Origin: Vicugna vicugna
Taxonomy: Eukaryota
Direction: 5' to 3'
Assembly (NCBI GenBank): GCA_013265495.1
Contig: MU058792.1
Span: 1-40,125, forward strand
DNA length: 40,125 nt
Below, one piece after another: positions 24,101-36,569 of the stretch; positions within the stretch are counted from its first letter, which is position 1, and every line of letters starts with the position of its first letter. The translations under genes were made by a program, and so were the position numbers. Under the pieces are notes generated by a model. It did not search any database and was not told the origin of the DNA. It saw only the letters and a program-made list of their open reading frames with translations.

Positions 24101-27100
24101 AGGCCTTGTTTCTCCTTTCATGCTCTGGTCCAAATGTGGACACTTCATTTTTCACTGAATTTGTCTCGCTTGAGACAGGCCAGAATATCTGAAAGAATCC
24201 ATCACATACTGGGTGGGGAACAGAACAGGAGTAAGTGTCGCAAGTAGAAGGAGTCTAGGCTGTCCGGGTTGGCAAATGCAGGCTGGGATCTGTGATGGCC
24301 GGGCTGTGCCCTGGACACAGACATTTCCTGTGGCTCCTGAGAGCCCAGGGGTCGGAGTGAGAACAGCCTTGCCTGGGTTCCTTCATCCTCTTCTGCTCAC
24401 TGGCAGGTGTGTCTGCTAATTAGGAGCTCCCCCAGACCTCGGGTCCTTCAAAACTCAGACCACGGACAAACCTTGAGTCCCTTCTCCTGGGCCTCCTGTG
24501 TGAGAATCAGCCTTCTGAGCAGCGGCAGGAGATGCCTCCCCCTCCAGGGAGCACCCTTTGGAGGACTGTGACTCACTGCACCATGCTGTGAGCTTGTGGG
24601 GTTCCGGCCGTGGTCCCTGCAGAACCAGACTTGAGACTGGCTTTCCGACAGAAATAACAGGACTGATTCCTGAGCAGGGCTGGGGGGAGGGAACAGGGGA
24701 AATTGAATGTGACCTCAAACACCTAAGTGGGTGCTGGGTCTGTTACTAAAATGGGGAGCCTGGGAGGTACTTGCCAGGAATCGAATTCCAGAGTAAATGG
24801 TGGACATGGGGCATTTTTAAGATGCCATTTGTCATCCAAGTTAGGACTTCAAAGAGGCACTCGGGTCGGTGAGCCTGGGGCACAGGTGAAGGTGCCGGAC
24901 TAGAGATACACGTTGGGATTCATCCCTTTTAGCTGGTGTTCACAGCCTTACATGTGGGTTAGCACTTCTCAAGGGGTGCAGACTGAGGCTGAGGGAGGGC
25001 AGGGCTGTGCCTCGGTTGGAGGAAAGCCCAGACCATGCAGCTTTGGTGTGTCAGTCAGCGGCATTTGTGATTTTCAGAGCAATGCCATTTATCCTTAAGG
25101 GGCCGGGTGTTCGTCAGGGCCAGCCAGGATGAAATCTAAAGGGAGGGTCGTGGCCACGTGTGCGTCTTGGGAAGATGCAGAGGCTGTAGTGTCTGGGAGG
25201 GGAGACTCCTCAGAAGCTGGAGTTGGATTGGGGAGTGGGGAGAAGGTAGTGACACTGACCTGTGAGGGAGGGAGGGAGGGAGGCCTAAGGAGTCCCCACC
25301 CTACCGGACTCTCTTTCCCATGAACAGAAGGCAGCCAGACAGAGGATCTGAGATGACAAGGGATGGGTGCTGGGAGGGGAGCCAACCTGGAGAATGGTGC
25401 TTGGACAGTTCTGGAATAGTCTCCCTGCAAAATAGAGTTAAAAAAAACCCAGACTCTAAAGAATATTGATAGTAACTGGGGAGGAGGCAGTTTTTCTGGC
25501 CTCCTAAGGGTAAGTCATATATCCGGGGATACACAGAAGAATCGGGCAGTCTCTTGGGGGGCTTGATCCTTACCAGAGGCAACAGTGCAAGTTTAAAGGG
25601 GGAGAAGGGCAGCGAAGGGAAACTAGCCAGGCCCCGTGTCAGGTACCAGTCGGCTGCCCTAATTGTGTGTTCCATTCACATCCATCCCTCCCATGTGGGC
25701 GGTGGCAGCCCCCTTTTGCGGATTGGCAAGCCTTCTCAGAGGAGTTAAGGTATTGGTCCCTTTAGCGGCTAGTAAATGCTGAAGCAGGATTCAAGCAGGG
25801 CCTTGGCAGACTTCAAGGGCATGTTTTCTCTAATTCCGGTTCCTCCCTTTTGTACGTGGAATGGTGAAGTGGGTCAGTTTTGGAGACTTTCAGAAAAAGT
25901 GCGATTTAAGTGCCTCAGGACTGTTTCACAAAGCTCAGTGTTTTTTGATGGTTCGGAAGCAATGCAGTGCTTTATGCCCCACAGATGTAAGGTCTTACTC
26001 GTTTGACGATGACGTGGTTGCAAATGACGTACAGGTGCAAAACCAGACTTAGCAGCTTCTGAAGGGAAACTCTCCAGTTCTCCCCTGATCGGCTGTCTTC
26101 CGCGGGATGTAACTCTGCTGCAGCGTAGGCCTGAGGTTTTCGTATGGACTGAGGGTTTGATAACCAGTGTTAACATAAAATGATCAGATGGAGAAAATCG
26201 ACGTTGGCAATTTATTTTTGGATTTCATTAGATAAGATGCATTATTGGTTAATGGTCCATATAACATATGAAATTCAGTACAGAACATTTAATTTCTTAC
26301 TTTCTACTTAGAACTGTCTTCCATTGTAAGGTTGTCTGCTTTGAAAATTCAGCTCAGCCACTTGGCGCCTGTCAGTGTGTTGGTGTGATTGCATTTACAC
26401 AGTGCATGTAATCTGGGCTTCCTTAGCCCTAAACACTCCAGTGCAGAATCATGGGCTGTAGCAATCACTTAGTTTTACAAATACTTCTGAAACTATATGA
26501 TTCCAAAAAAAAAAAAAAGGAGAGAGAGAGATTGCCTTTATCAAAGTTCTTTTGGAATTTAAATGCAAACTGTTGTTGAGCAGTTCTGGCTTGCTTTATA
26601 TATGAATATATACATTTCTTTGCATGTAACTTGGTTTTTGAACTAGAACACCAAGCTCTTGCTTTCCATGAGCCACAAAAATCCTACCCAAATGACACAT
26701 GTATGAAACATTTTATTATTTTTTTCTGAGAAAGAATCCTTAAATTTGGGACTTGGGTTTTGATTCTTCTTTTTGCTCTTCCCAACACTCTTGCCATCTC
26801 ACTCCTTATTCCCATGTGGCCTCCAGGATGTCATGGTCTCAAAGGAGTGGGTGGACAAACACCAGTTGGTAGCCATGCAGTGCTGCTGTAGAGGAAGCAC
26901 AGCCAAGAGCTTAAGGGCATTATCAGAGAGGACTTCCTGGAAGAAATGGGCTCTACATTCAGTTCTGAGGACAGAGTAAGAGTCAGCCAGGAGGAGTCCA
27001 GAAGGTGGCTCAGGTGGCAGGTGCAGCCCGGGCAGAGGCCTGGAGGCTTGTGGGTGGGGACTCGTGGAGACTGCCCTGTGCGGTCCAGGGTGGAAGGCGC

Positions 27101-27309
27101 CCCTGCTGGGGAGGACACTGGAGAGGTCCTGGGAGGAGGGCTTTGGAGGAGCTTGTGTTTTATTAAAACTGACACAGGAGGCAATGAAGGGTGTCAGCAG
27201 GAAGTGACCCTCAGGAAAGGTACTTCTGGTTATGCTTCTGATATTCTACTGAAAGAAGGGCCAGAACTGGCGAGAGCAGGTATGTCTCTCCCTTCGAGAC
27301 CCACCCCGT

Positions 27310-27530
27310 CATTCATTTATTCATAACACGCGCACTTCTGAGTGTCTAGGGGAGAGAGGGCGGACCCACATTAATAAGCAAAATGTATTAGCTTCTTGGG
27401 AGCTTAGCAGTATCAGAAGTTGACTTAGCCTAGAATGTTCTAGGAACAGAGGAACAAAGTGCGGAGGTTGGAGGGAGGGAAGGCTTCCTTGAGAAACAGT
27501 CAAAATGAGCCTGGAGGCAAGTGGGAAGTA
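27310..27530 (-). mobile_element. L2 3' fragment
   Basis: cattcatttattcat start and degenerate L2 tail. Confidence 0.4.
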
Positions 27531-29045
27531 GGAGCAGGTCAGGGGGCCCCTGATGTCACTGGGGACCTGGGTACTGAGGTGAGGCTGGGCGAGCAGGGTC
27601 AGGGTCAGGGTCAGGGGTGAGGCTAGAACTCCACCAGGGAGCCTCTGAAGGGTTTGAAGTGGGGTTGCGCTTTGGGAAGGCTGCTCTGGCTCTGTGTGTG
27701 TGTGTGTGTATGTGTAGCGGGGAAGAGGGGGAGGTTGCCACCAACTGGCGGGGTCACTGGAAGACCAGTCACACTCTGGGAGGTGACCAGTGGGAGAGGG
27801 GCGTCGGGGCTGCTTGGGGACGGCAGGGGCAGTGTGGATGCCGGATTTCCTTATGTGGAGGGCTTGTAAGCGGGGCCGCCGTAGCGGCACCTTGTGGCTG
27901 GAAGAAAACAGATGGAGGCCGCCAGGTGGTATTTCCTCTTCTCTCCTTCCCTGCCTTGCCTGATGATCTTAGCTCAGCCAACATTTGGAACAGAAGAGTT
28001 ACGTTCTAGGGTAGCCCAGTACTTTGTTGTGCCTGTTCGAGTGAGATCAGATAGGACATAAATTTGTGTTCAGATCTGGATGTGCACTTAGTTACAAATT
28101 TCCCGTCTTTTGGATTTCCATAGGGGTTTTTATTCTTAATAAAGATTGCTTTCTTGGTGAGAGGAAACTTAAAACAGCTGTTGTTTTTCTAAAAAAGAAA
28201 TCATACGATTTAAGAAATTTAATATTCAAAAGAATAGGAATATTTAAAAATGATAAAGTAAGGTTTTGGGGTAGTTTCTTTGGTTTCTGGCTTAATGTGG
28301 ACTTATAGCCTTAGCATTACTTAATAGCACATCCTTGTCAGTATTTAAAGAGCTGTTAGTGAGCGCCCCAGGACCCATCTCTCAAAGCATCATTAAAGTT
28401 TGCTCTGAAATAGTGAGGTCATAAAGGTTTGTTTGCACAAGCCAAACAGTTGGTTTATAATATGCAGCATATTAGAAAAGTTTGCTGAGCTATTTCGGGG
28501 GCCCTCTCATCCTAGTTCCTATCTCCAAGGTGGTTCAAAGTCCAAAAGGCGGTCAAGCACTTAGTCAGATAGGTCCCTCGTAAAGAATGCCTCCCACATC
28601 ACGACGACAGACTTCTTAGGCCAGCTGAGAAGCTCCTTCAGTTCTGCGCCCGTCTCGGCTCTAAGTTGATGTCAGTCCTCCAGGATCCAAGAAAGCCACG
28701 TTGGAAAACAAGTGGTGATTTTGATGGGACAGGAGATCAGTCATTTGGGGGGCGAAGGGTGGGGTAGGGAGAGATACCAGTCTGTCTGTCTGTTTTCATC
28801 CAGTGTGGGAGCCTTCCCAAAGAGATAACTCGAGAAGAGAGAAACGGGGAGTTGACAAAGAACACGTGCGGTGGCGTGCCCTCCCCCCACCCCAGGAGAA
28901 GGCCAAGCCAGAAGTCCCTCCGGATGGCGGGCTCCGGACTCCGGCTTCCAGGGGAAGCGACTTTTTTTCCTCCTCATTTCAGGCCCGGAAGAAGAGGGAG
29001 AGGCAGCGTGTCCTTCTCGGGCATCCGCTGTTTCTGAAGCACGCT

Positions 29046-29579
29046 TGTTGCCGAAAGATCGGGCCCCGTCCCCGACGAGCCCAAGAATCCAGAGGCGAGG
29101 TCTTGGAGCTTAGAAGCAAAGAGGCCATTTTATCGCTCTGCCGGGCAAAGGGGATTCACAGCAGGCTAGCGTCTTCAAAACTGTGTACCCACCTTGGGGA
29201 TGGAGTGGGTGGGGTGGTTCTAGAGCCATAGCTCAAACAATCAAGCATCGATCACCATCCACAGAATCGTTTTCTCATCAGAAGACTCAGCATGGTGTCA
29301 CGATGCCTCCCAGGTGACCCATTCTATAGAGGCTGGCGGTTAGATCTCGTTATCTCATAAGCACTCAAGGCGTGGCCTTCTTGGCCACTCAGGCTATTTT
29401 GTCAGGTCACTAGTCCCGTGACCGACCTCCTCCTCGGAGAAGGACTCAGAGACCCAGCACGATGATGACTTGCAATGACTGAAATACAGTAGAAACAGTA
29501 AGATCGATAGCTTCCAGTTTCAACAACGGGCCTGGAACCGTGAGCAGCAACCGGTCAGTCAGAACAGTTGATCGTTTCA
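29046..29579 (-). mobile_element. Solo ERV LTR, GC-shifted
   Basis: TG...CA termini (tgttgccgaaag ... atcgtttca), 534 bp; polyA-signal region reads ttttatcgctctgccgggcaaagggg. Confidence 0.65.
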
Positions 29580-29614
29580 AGGGTGAGCATAAGAAACCGA
29601 ATGAAATCCCCCCC

Positions 29615-29690
29615 AAGCAAATGAATGAATGAATGAATGAATGAATGACCTAATGATCCTCCCCTCCCCTCCCCCGCCTAAAAAAGAAGA
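29615..29690 (+). repeat. (AATG)n plus SINE 3' tail remnant
   Basis: About 7 AATG units followed by acctaatgatcctcccc, similar to the cctaattaccctcc tail of the 19504-19630 SINE. Confidence 0.6.
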
Positions 29691-30265
29691 GGCAATCCGT
29701 TAGCCTAATTCCGGCCATTTTATTCATCCTCCTTCACCCTGAAGCCCCGATCAGCCACGTGCCACAGTGGTCTGTTTTCTGGTTTCCTTCACCACCCTAA
29801 CCCCCACCAACGACCACCCCGCCAACATCCCCCCATGCTCAACCACGGCCCCAAGCGCGGGACTGGACGGGGGTGCAGGGGGCTGAGGGGGCGGCGATGG
29901 CGGCTTGAGGTGAGGGTGGGGAGTGTTCCGCCCAGATCGTATAGGAAGCTCAAACACAGCTGCAGTACGAGACGAGATGGTAGATTTCTGTGAGTCCTCC
30001 CTCCTCTTAAAATCCTTCCTAAGGAGGAGACAGACAGAAAGAGAAACATCACCCTCACTCCCAAAGCCTCCTGCGCCCTCGATGCGCCCCAAAACAACAA
30101 CAAGGAAAACGAAAACAAACACAACCACAAATAACTCGCTATCCCTGGGGAAGAAGGTTTCGAAGGCATGGGGATATCATTCTAAACTTCATTCCCTCTT
30201 CATCACATTTCATGGAAACCGATTGCGATCTATGAGGCCCTGTGAAGGTAGGGGTTGGGGGGTGT

Positions 30266-30616
30266 AGGGAGGAGGGAGGGAAGGGAAAGGGGGAGGGAGA
30301 GAGAGAGAGAGCGAGCAGAGGAGAGGAGGGATAAAAGGGGAGAGGACAGGAAAGGAGAGGAGGGAAAAGAGGGGAGGGAAGGGGAAGCGAGAGGAGGCGA
30401 GGGGAAAGGAGAGGGGTGGTGGGGAGGGGAGAAGAGAGGAGCGGAGGGGTGAGGGGGGAAGGGAAGGGAGAACAGGGAAGAGGAGAGGAGGGGAGAGGAG
30501 AGGAGAGACAAGGGAGACAGACAGACACGCATGCGCGCGCGCACACGCACACGCACACACACACAGACACACGCAGAATAGCGAAATGGAGAGAGAGGCA
30601 GAGAGAGACAGACAGA
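30266..30616 (+). repeat. Long polypurine (GA-rich) tract with GACA/CA microsatellites, rDNA-spacer-like
   Basis: Direct reading. Confidence 0.85.
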
Positions 30617-31620
30617 CACGGATCTAGGTCAGGGAGACTACACATGGGTGTTCTTCTGAGTGATATTATGTGTTTTCTCAATCGCCACCTTTGGAGATAA
30701 AAATCGCTCCCACAAGATGAAGGGAGTCCTTCTGCCACCGCCCCCGGCCCCGCCCTCCAGCACCGCTTGTGTTTGTCAGGGATTCCAAGCCAAAGCACGT
30801 GGAGGAGTGGGAGAGCTTCCTGGCGGCCCAAGGGGGAGGAAAGTCCGGCAGCATGAGAGAGGTAGTGTAGTAGGCTGACGAGAAGATGGGTGAGGGGGCA
30901 GGGAGGAGGGTTTCCCAAGTTGGAGAGCCAAGACGAGGGAGGGGAGCCGTCGGTGGTCGCGTTCTGTTCTGACCCCCGACCCAGACTGGAGCGGATCCCT
31001 GAAAGGAGGCGGTTCGGGCTCTCCGGCCGAGAACGCCCCTCTCTTCCTCTTTGTGCAGAAACACCTTCCGCGGACCGAGAAAGTCAATCCTGAGACCCTC
31101 GTCGGAAGAGTCCTTTCCAGACCCATCTCGATCCTCCTGGGCCAAGGGGTCCAGGGGATGGGGCGGGGCCTCCATTCGATCCGTCTTCCGTCCGTCCATC
31201 CACAAGATCTTGAACATCCATGTAGGATTCCGGATGGTAGCAGTTTTCCAGGATCCTCCAAATCCTTGTAAGTCCTCTCCTGGCAGATTCGACCCCTAGG
31301 TCGTACCGCGCAGCACAGGGCACTAGATTCAGTCCCTCGGGGCGAGGGTTCCTGAAAAAGACCAGGAAAAAGAAGAACACAGTCACTATGGTGTGCACCA
31401 GCCAGAAACCAGCACAACCTCGTCACTCTAACAGACTTGCCAAAGGCGGGGTGGGGAGAGAAAGTCATAGGATGGCTACCATCCCTTCCACCCCCACCCC
31501 ACCGTCATCCCTGCTCCCCCTCCCCTCCCCCATTCCTCTCCCCTCCCCTCCATCGACACCCGCCTCCCGCTTGTACCCCACTCCTCTGAACCCAGCACCA
31601 CCCACCTCGGCCTGGACGTG

Positions 31621-31670
31621 CTCAGCTCAGCTCGGCTCGGCTCGGCCCGGCTCGGCCCGGCCCGGCCCGG
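31621..31670 (+). repeat. Pentamer tandem array CTCAG/CTCGG/CCCGG
   Basis: (CTCAG)2(CTCGG)3 CCCGG CTCGG (CCCGG)3. Confidence 0.9.
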
Positions 31671-31874
31671 CCGTCCGGTCGACTTCTTCGCAGGGTCTAA
31701 AATAGCGCCCGGCCGACAGGCAGGTGGCACACGGCACCCGGCAGGGGAGCGAGCGGGACGGTTCGGGATCTCTGGGCGGCGGGGACACGCGGCCGGACAA
31801 CCAGGAGCACGGACGGCCTGGCGTGCGTTTCTCCGCTCGGGGGGCCTCGACCAGGGACTGTGGTACGGGGAACG

Positions 31875-31877
<3 letters not shown>

Positions 31878-31919
<42 letters not shown>
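31878..31919 (+). repeat. (CA)n running into an assembly gap (31920-32081)
   Basis: Direct reading. Confidence 0.95.
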
Positions 31920-32433
31920 NNNNNNNNNNNNNNNNNNNNNNNNNNNNNNNNNNNNNNNNNNNNNNNNNNNNNNNNNNNNNNNNNNNNNNNNNNNNNNNNN
32001 NNNNNNNNNNNNNNNNNNNNNNNNNNNNNNNNNNNNNNNNNNNNNNNNNNNNNNNNNNNNNNNNNNNNNNNNNNNNNNNNNTTGGAGTTCCTCCCTCCAC
32101 AACGACCCCACACGGGCCCTTTTCCGGTCACCCGAGTCCTCTTCCAAGTCAGACCACAGGCCTCCGTCAGCCGGCGCGAGCACTCGGGGAAAAAGTCGCC
32201 ATCCTCATCGCTCCACTCCACCTCTACACGTGAAGAACAGTTCCCAGCCCACGCCACTCAACCCCACCCCACGCCCCGATGCCACCCACCGCAGTGTAGA
32301 GAAACGAGAAGAATCCACAGACGTCCATCCATCCGATGAAGAAAAGGACGGCCCTATTCCAAGGAAGCATAGATATCTAGGTAGGAGATTCATCGAGTAC
32401 TATGGAGGCGGTGGGAAGGGGGGGGGTTGCGGT

Positions 32434-32529
32434 GGGGAGGGTCTAGAGATCCAGCAGTAGAGCCCGTGCTTAGCATGCAAAAACTAAAGGCCCAGGGTTC
32501 AATCCCCAGCACCTACTCTTCAAAAATAA
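32434..32529 (+). mobile_element. tRNA-derived SINE, 5' half (3' half at ~35945-35968)
   Basis: ggggagggt...gtagagcccgtgcttagcatg...gggttcaatccccagcacct, homologous to the 19504-19630 SINE. Confidence 0.8.
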
Positions 32530-33969
32530 CCCGAGGAGAAGCAAGACGGCGGAGTAGAAGGACGCTCGAAGCTCACCATCTCCCACCAACACACCAAAAC
32601 TCACACCGACGGACCCACTCGGCCAATCAGAGCACCTGCGGAACTCCGACAGAACACCGCCCTCTTCGAAAGACAAAGACGCCCAAAATCTGGTAGGAGA
32701 AAAGGAGAAAAGAAAGAGTAAAAAGCAAAACAGGGCGGGAGGGACCGGTCCCGCGGGGAGGGAGCGGCAGAGGAGGAATAGGGCTCGTCGGAGAGGCCGG
32801 CGGGACGGAGGGGGCGCCCCCGAGCCTCAGATCTGCCCGGAGCACCCCTTGGCCGACCGATCCAAGTGAAACGGGCACAGCGGGTCCCCGCGATACGCAG
32901 CCCGAGTCGCAGGCCGGCAGCCGGGGGCCGGGACAGGCCGCACGAGCCGGGCGGAGGACCGGGGCGGCGGCCGGGAGGGGATACAGAGCAGAACAACCCG
33001 CCCCCCCCATACATGACGGGAAAAGAAAGGCAAAGCAACACGGCCGGTGTGCCCTGGGGGGAGGGGCGCCGTAGCCTCCGTCTCCTCAGACCCGCGGCGC
33101 CATCACCGGCGCTCCTCGCGAGAAGAGAGGCGGGGCGCAGCCACAGCCGCCACAGCCTCCGGCGCGCAGCATGCGGGCGGGGGCGGGGCCGAGACTCGAA
33201 TCCGCGCCCGGGGGCTGCGCAGCCTTCTAGGCAGGACTGAGACTCGTTTACAGCCCGAGGCACATAGGATATTTCTGCCCCGGTACCTCAGAGAACTCGC
33301 GCCACCAAGACTAAGAAGGAGCCGAGTTCTGGGACGCAGCAGGGGCGGGGCGGTTCCACGGTCTTCCCCGAGCCCACCTACGGAGAGGAGCGCCGCCGAC
33401 CCGAGGCGGAGCACACAGCCCGCACAGAGCAGCGGAACGACCGGGGCCGGGAGAGGGCGGGCGGCCAGCCAGCCACCCTCCTTCCCGGCAGGAACGCAGC
33501 ATCCGACCGCGGTGCCGGGAGGGGGCGCGACGTACTAGCCCACAGGCACCGAGAGCGGCACAGACCGAGGGCGCCGACGGAGGGCCTGCGGAAACAGCAA
33601 GCTGAGTTCACGGAAACAGGGCGACGACAGAAAGACTTCTCGGTGAAACCGTTAAGAGCGCGGCGTCTCCAGGAGAACACGTCCTCCCGCCCCCCCTTTT
33701 TTTTTCCTTTTCCTTTCTCTTTTTTAATCTCTCTTCTATCGGTTTTACCTTCTGCTACCTTTTTAACCTTTACTTTTGAACAGTCGTATACGTTTACGGT
33801 TTTAATCCCTTTTAAATGTTTCACTGAAAATCTTTTTATTATTATTATTTTTAAACATCCACCCCCTTTCCTTTTTCGTTCTCTTGGTTTTGATCTCCTG
33901 TTAGTGATTATTCACAGGTTTCAGATATCGTTTCTCGATTTTTTTTCTCCATTTTATTAAGGTTACTAA

Positions 33970-34256
33970 AAGACGTCTCAACTCGATCGCTCTTCTGCTT
34001 CCACTTACTCTTCTATTATCGATTACACACTGTCTTCAAACCTTTTCTTTCTCCCTCCTTTTAAAACCCTGTGTTGTATCTCTTGTTCAAATCTGTTCTA
34101 TTTCCGATTACCTTTTAAAAATTTACTTTTGAAACAATTGTGTTTTATTTTCTGATCTTTTCTAGTTTTTAAAGGCTTTTAGAAGACGTCTCAACTCGAT
34201 CGCTCTTCTGCTTCCACTTGCTCTTCTATTATTGATTGTACACTGTTTTCAAACTT
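33970..34256 (+). repeat. ~70-bp direct repeat (213-bp period) within the L1 5'UTR
   Basis: aagacgtctcaactcgatcgctcttctgcttccactt(a/g)ctcttctattat at 33970 and 34183. Confidence 0.9.
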
Positions 34257-34512
34257 TTTTTCCTTCATTCTTTGAAAATCCGGCTCCCCCACCCCCCTCC
34301 CCCTCTCCCCCTCTGTCTCTGTCTCTGTCTCTATCTCTCCCCCTATCCCCCTCTCCGTCTCCCTCTCCCTCCCTCTCTCTCTCCCTCTCTCTGCCCCCCC
34401 CCTTTTAAAGTTTTATTCCTGTATAGGCTTTAGATAAATACATAAACTCCCTAAGGACCACGATAGATAACTGATACTCCTTAAGCCGCAGGGCCAGAGA
34501 GATAGGAGCAGC

Positions 34513-35405
34513 ATGAGGAAGCAGAGGAACCACTCCCAATGAAAAGAGCCAGAGGGGAATTTCCCTGAAAGCACGATCCACGAAATAGACACGGATGGCC
34601 TGCTAGATCAAGATTTCATAAAAGGAGTGATCCAAGTACCGAAGGAACTACAAGAGATAGTGTTTACATATATACTGTACGTCAAAAACGAAATCAAGGA
34701 GAACTGGTAAACTCATTGGCTGACATGAGGAGTGGTCTAAAGGCTGTCCAAAGGAGGCTAGATCACGCCGAGGAGCGAATAAGTGGCCTAGGAGACAGGA
34801 CAACAGAAAGAACCCAATCAGAACAGCTGAGAGAAAAACAAAGAGCAACGAAAACAATCTTAGGGACCTACGGGACCATCGAAAGAAAGCGTGCCCATCT
34901 ACGCACAATAGGGGTTCCAGAAGGGGAAGAAAGAAGCAAGGGGATCGAAAAGGTATTTGAAGAAAGCATGACTGAAAATTTCCCAACTCTAAAGAAGGAA
35001 TCAGATAGCCAAGTCCAGGAGGCTCAGAGGGTGCCAAATAGGAGGAACTCAAACAGACCCACACGGAGACATATCCTAATCAAGACGGCCAGAGTCAAGG
35101 ATAAAGCAATGATCCTAAATGCCTTTAGGCAAGAGAAAAGCAAAGAGTGCGTTCCAAGGGAACCCCCATAAGCCTCTCAGCGGATTTCTCTACACAAACA
35201 CGTCAGGCCAGAAGGGAGTGGCAAGAGCTATTGAAATTCTTAAAGGAAAAACAAAACAAAAAGATGCAGCCTAGGATACTCTATCCAGCAAAGCTATGCT
35301 TTAGAATAGAAGGAGAGGTAAAGAACTTCACAGACAAGCAAAAACTAAAAAGAGTTTAGCAACACTCAACCCATGCGAAAAGAAACATCAACAGGTCTAC
35401 TCTAA
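34513..35405 (+). pseudogene. L1 ORF1p, disrupted
   Basis: MRKQRNHSQ* start; RLDHAEERIS, IGVPEGEE, QVQEAQRVP, GTPISLSADFS..T..ARREW and QPRILYPAKL motifs; stops and frameshifts. Confidence 0.92.
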
Positions 35406-36220
35406 ATAGAGAAGCAGCAGGATGGTACAAAAATGAGACACTCATCCCCGGAAAGGTGATCACTACCGTTCATTCCAAACAGAATAAACACAAAATTGTA
35501 AAAGAAGACATCGAAATCATCAAGAGTGAGTGGCAGAGGGAAGCAAGGAAATATAGAGACTTTTTTCCCCCCTTCTCCTTCCTTTCTTCCTCTTTGAAAC
35601 GTTTTGTTCACGGTAGGATGGGCTTGAGATTCTATTACTATCTGTTTCGTACAAACAGTTACAGTCCTAGGTGAAGAGATTTCCAAAAGCAAACGAACAA
35701 ACTAACAAACAAAACAGAAACAGACCGACAGAATACAAACTTGAGGTTGTCAGGGGTAAGGGCGGTGGGACGGGACTGGGATTTCAACATGTAGAATAGA
35801 TAAACACGATGGTACCGTGGAACACGGCGAAGTACAGACAGGCTCTCTCGGTGGCTCACAGCGAAAGAGAACGGGACAAGGAACATACGTGTGTGTTCAT
35901 GTAGAAGTGAAAAAAAAACCAAAAAACAAAAAACAAAAAAAACCAAGCCTAATGACGCCTACCCGCCCGAAGAAAGTAAAGTCCATAGAGACGTACACGC
36001 ATGCATTACACACATCACATACAGACAAAGACAGACAGACAGACTTAAGCCAAGCATGCAAAATAAAAATCCCTCCACGACGTGAAGCAACCCATGTCCT
36101 CCAATAACCAAGGACGCCCGTTTGACTGCAGATCCTTGGGGCCGCAGGAGGCCAGGTAAGCCGCATAGGCACACGGAGCACAATCCCTCGGGCCGCGGGG
36201 AGCCGAGAGGCCCGCGACGG

Positions 36221-36230
36221 CTGGTCGACC
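36221..36230 (-). terminator. Sal-box-like (TTF-I) Pol I terminator motif
   Basis: GGTCGACCAG on the rRNA-sense strand. Confidence 0.65.
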
Positions 36231-36471
36231 AAGGTCCATGGGCAAGAATCCGCTCGGGGATCCCCTGACGACACGGGGAGCGAGAGGGCCGCGACGTACG
36301 TTCAACCTCGTTGGCGGTATCCACTCGGAGATCCACCAGGGCCGAGGGGGCCGCGTAGCCCGCAGGACACAACGGGATCCACCGTGGTCGCGGGAGCGAC
36401 TGGGACGCGAACCACATGGGACACTCGTGGTCCCGTGCGAGGCCCGCTGGAGCCGTGTGGAGCCTCTGCTT

Positions 36472-36510
36472 CTGGTCGACCGCACGTCGACCCGGAAAAA
36501 GAAGGGGAAG
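36472..36510 (-). terminator. Pyrimidine tract plus tandem Sal-box-like motifs
   Basis: Minus strand cttccccttctttttccGGGTCGACgtgcGGTCGACCAG, the arrangement expected at a mammalian Pol I terminator. Confidence 0.7.
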
Positions 36511-36569
36511 TCGGCCTGCCTCGGGCCACGACCACCCCGCGTCCACGACGCGCGGGCGCCACAGAGGCC

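Larger units (their letters stand above)
32533..35942 (+). mobile_element. L1 with 5'UTR, ORF1, inter-ORF region, 3'UTR and A-rich tail but no ORF2
   Basis: 5' end gaggagaagcaagacggcggagtagaaggacg (YY1-like CAAGATGGC altered); CpG-rich 5'UTR; ORF1; 3'UTR acaaaacagaaacagac...gggatttcaacatgtagaatagataaac begins ~270-290 bp after the ORF1 stop. Confidence 0.85.

Noticed and set aside
28010..28092. Faint resemblance to antisense 5S rRNA (cccagtact...gagatcaga...gttcag)
   Set aside because: Too few matches to support by eye; needs an Infernal or nhmmer search.
30139..33540. ORFs up to 280 aa
   Set aside because: Derived from simple repeats, an N gap and the GC-rich L1 5'UTR.
36290..36390. Short motifs resembling the ITS1/5.8S boundary (cggtggatc, cgtacg)
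   Set aside because: Only 6-9 nt matches, not in colinear order, and located between Sal-like boxes; no 5.8S body.
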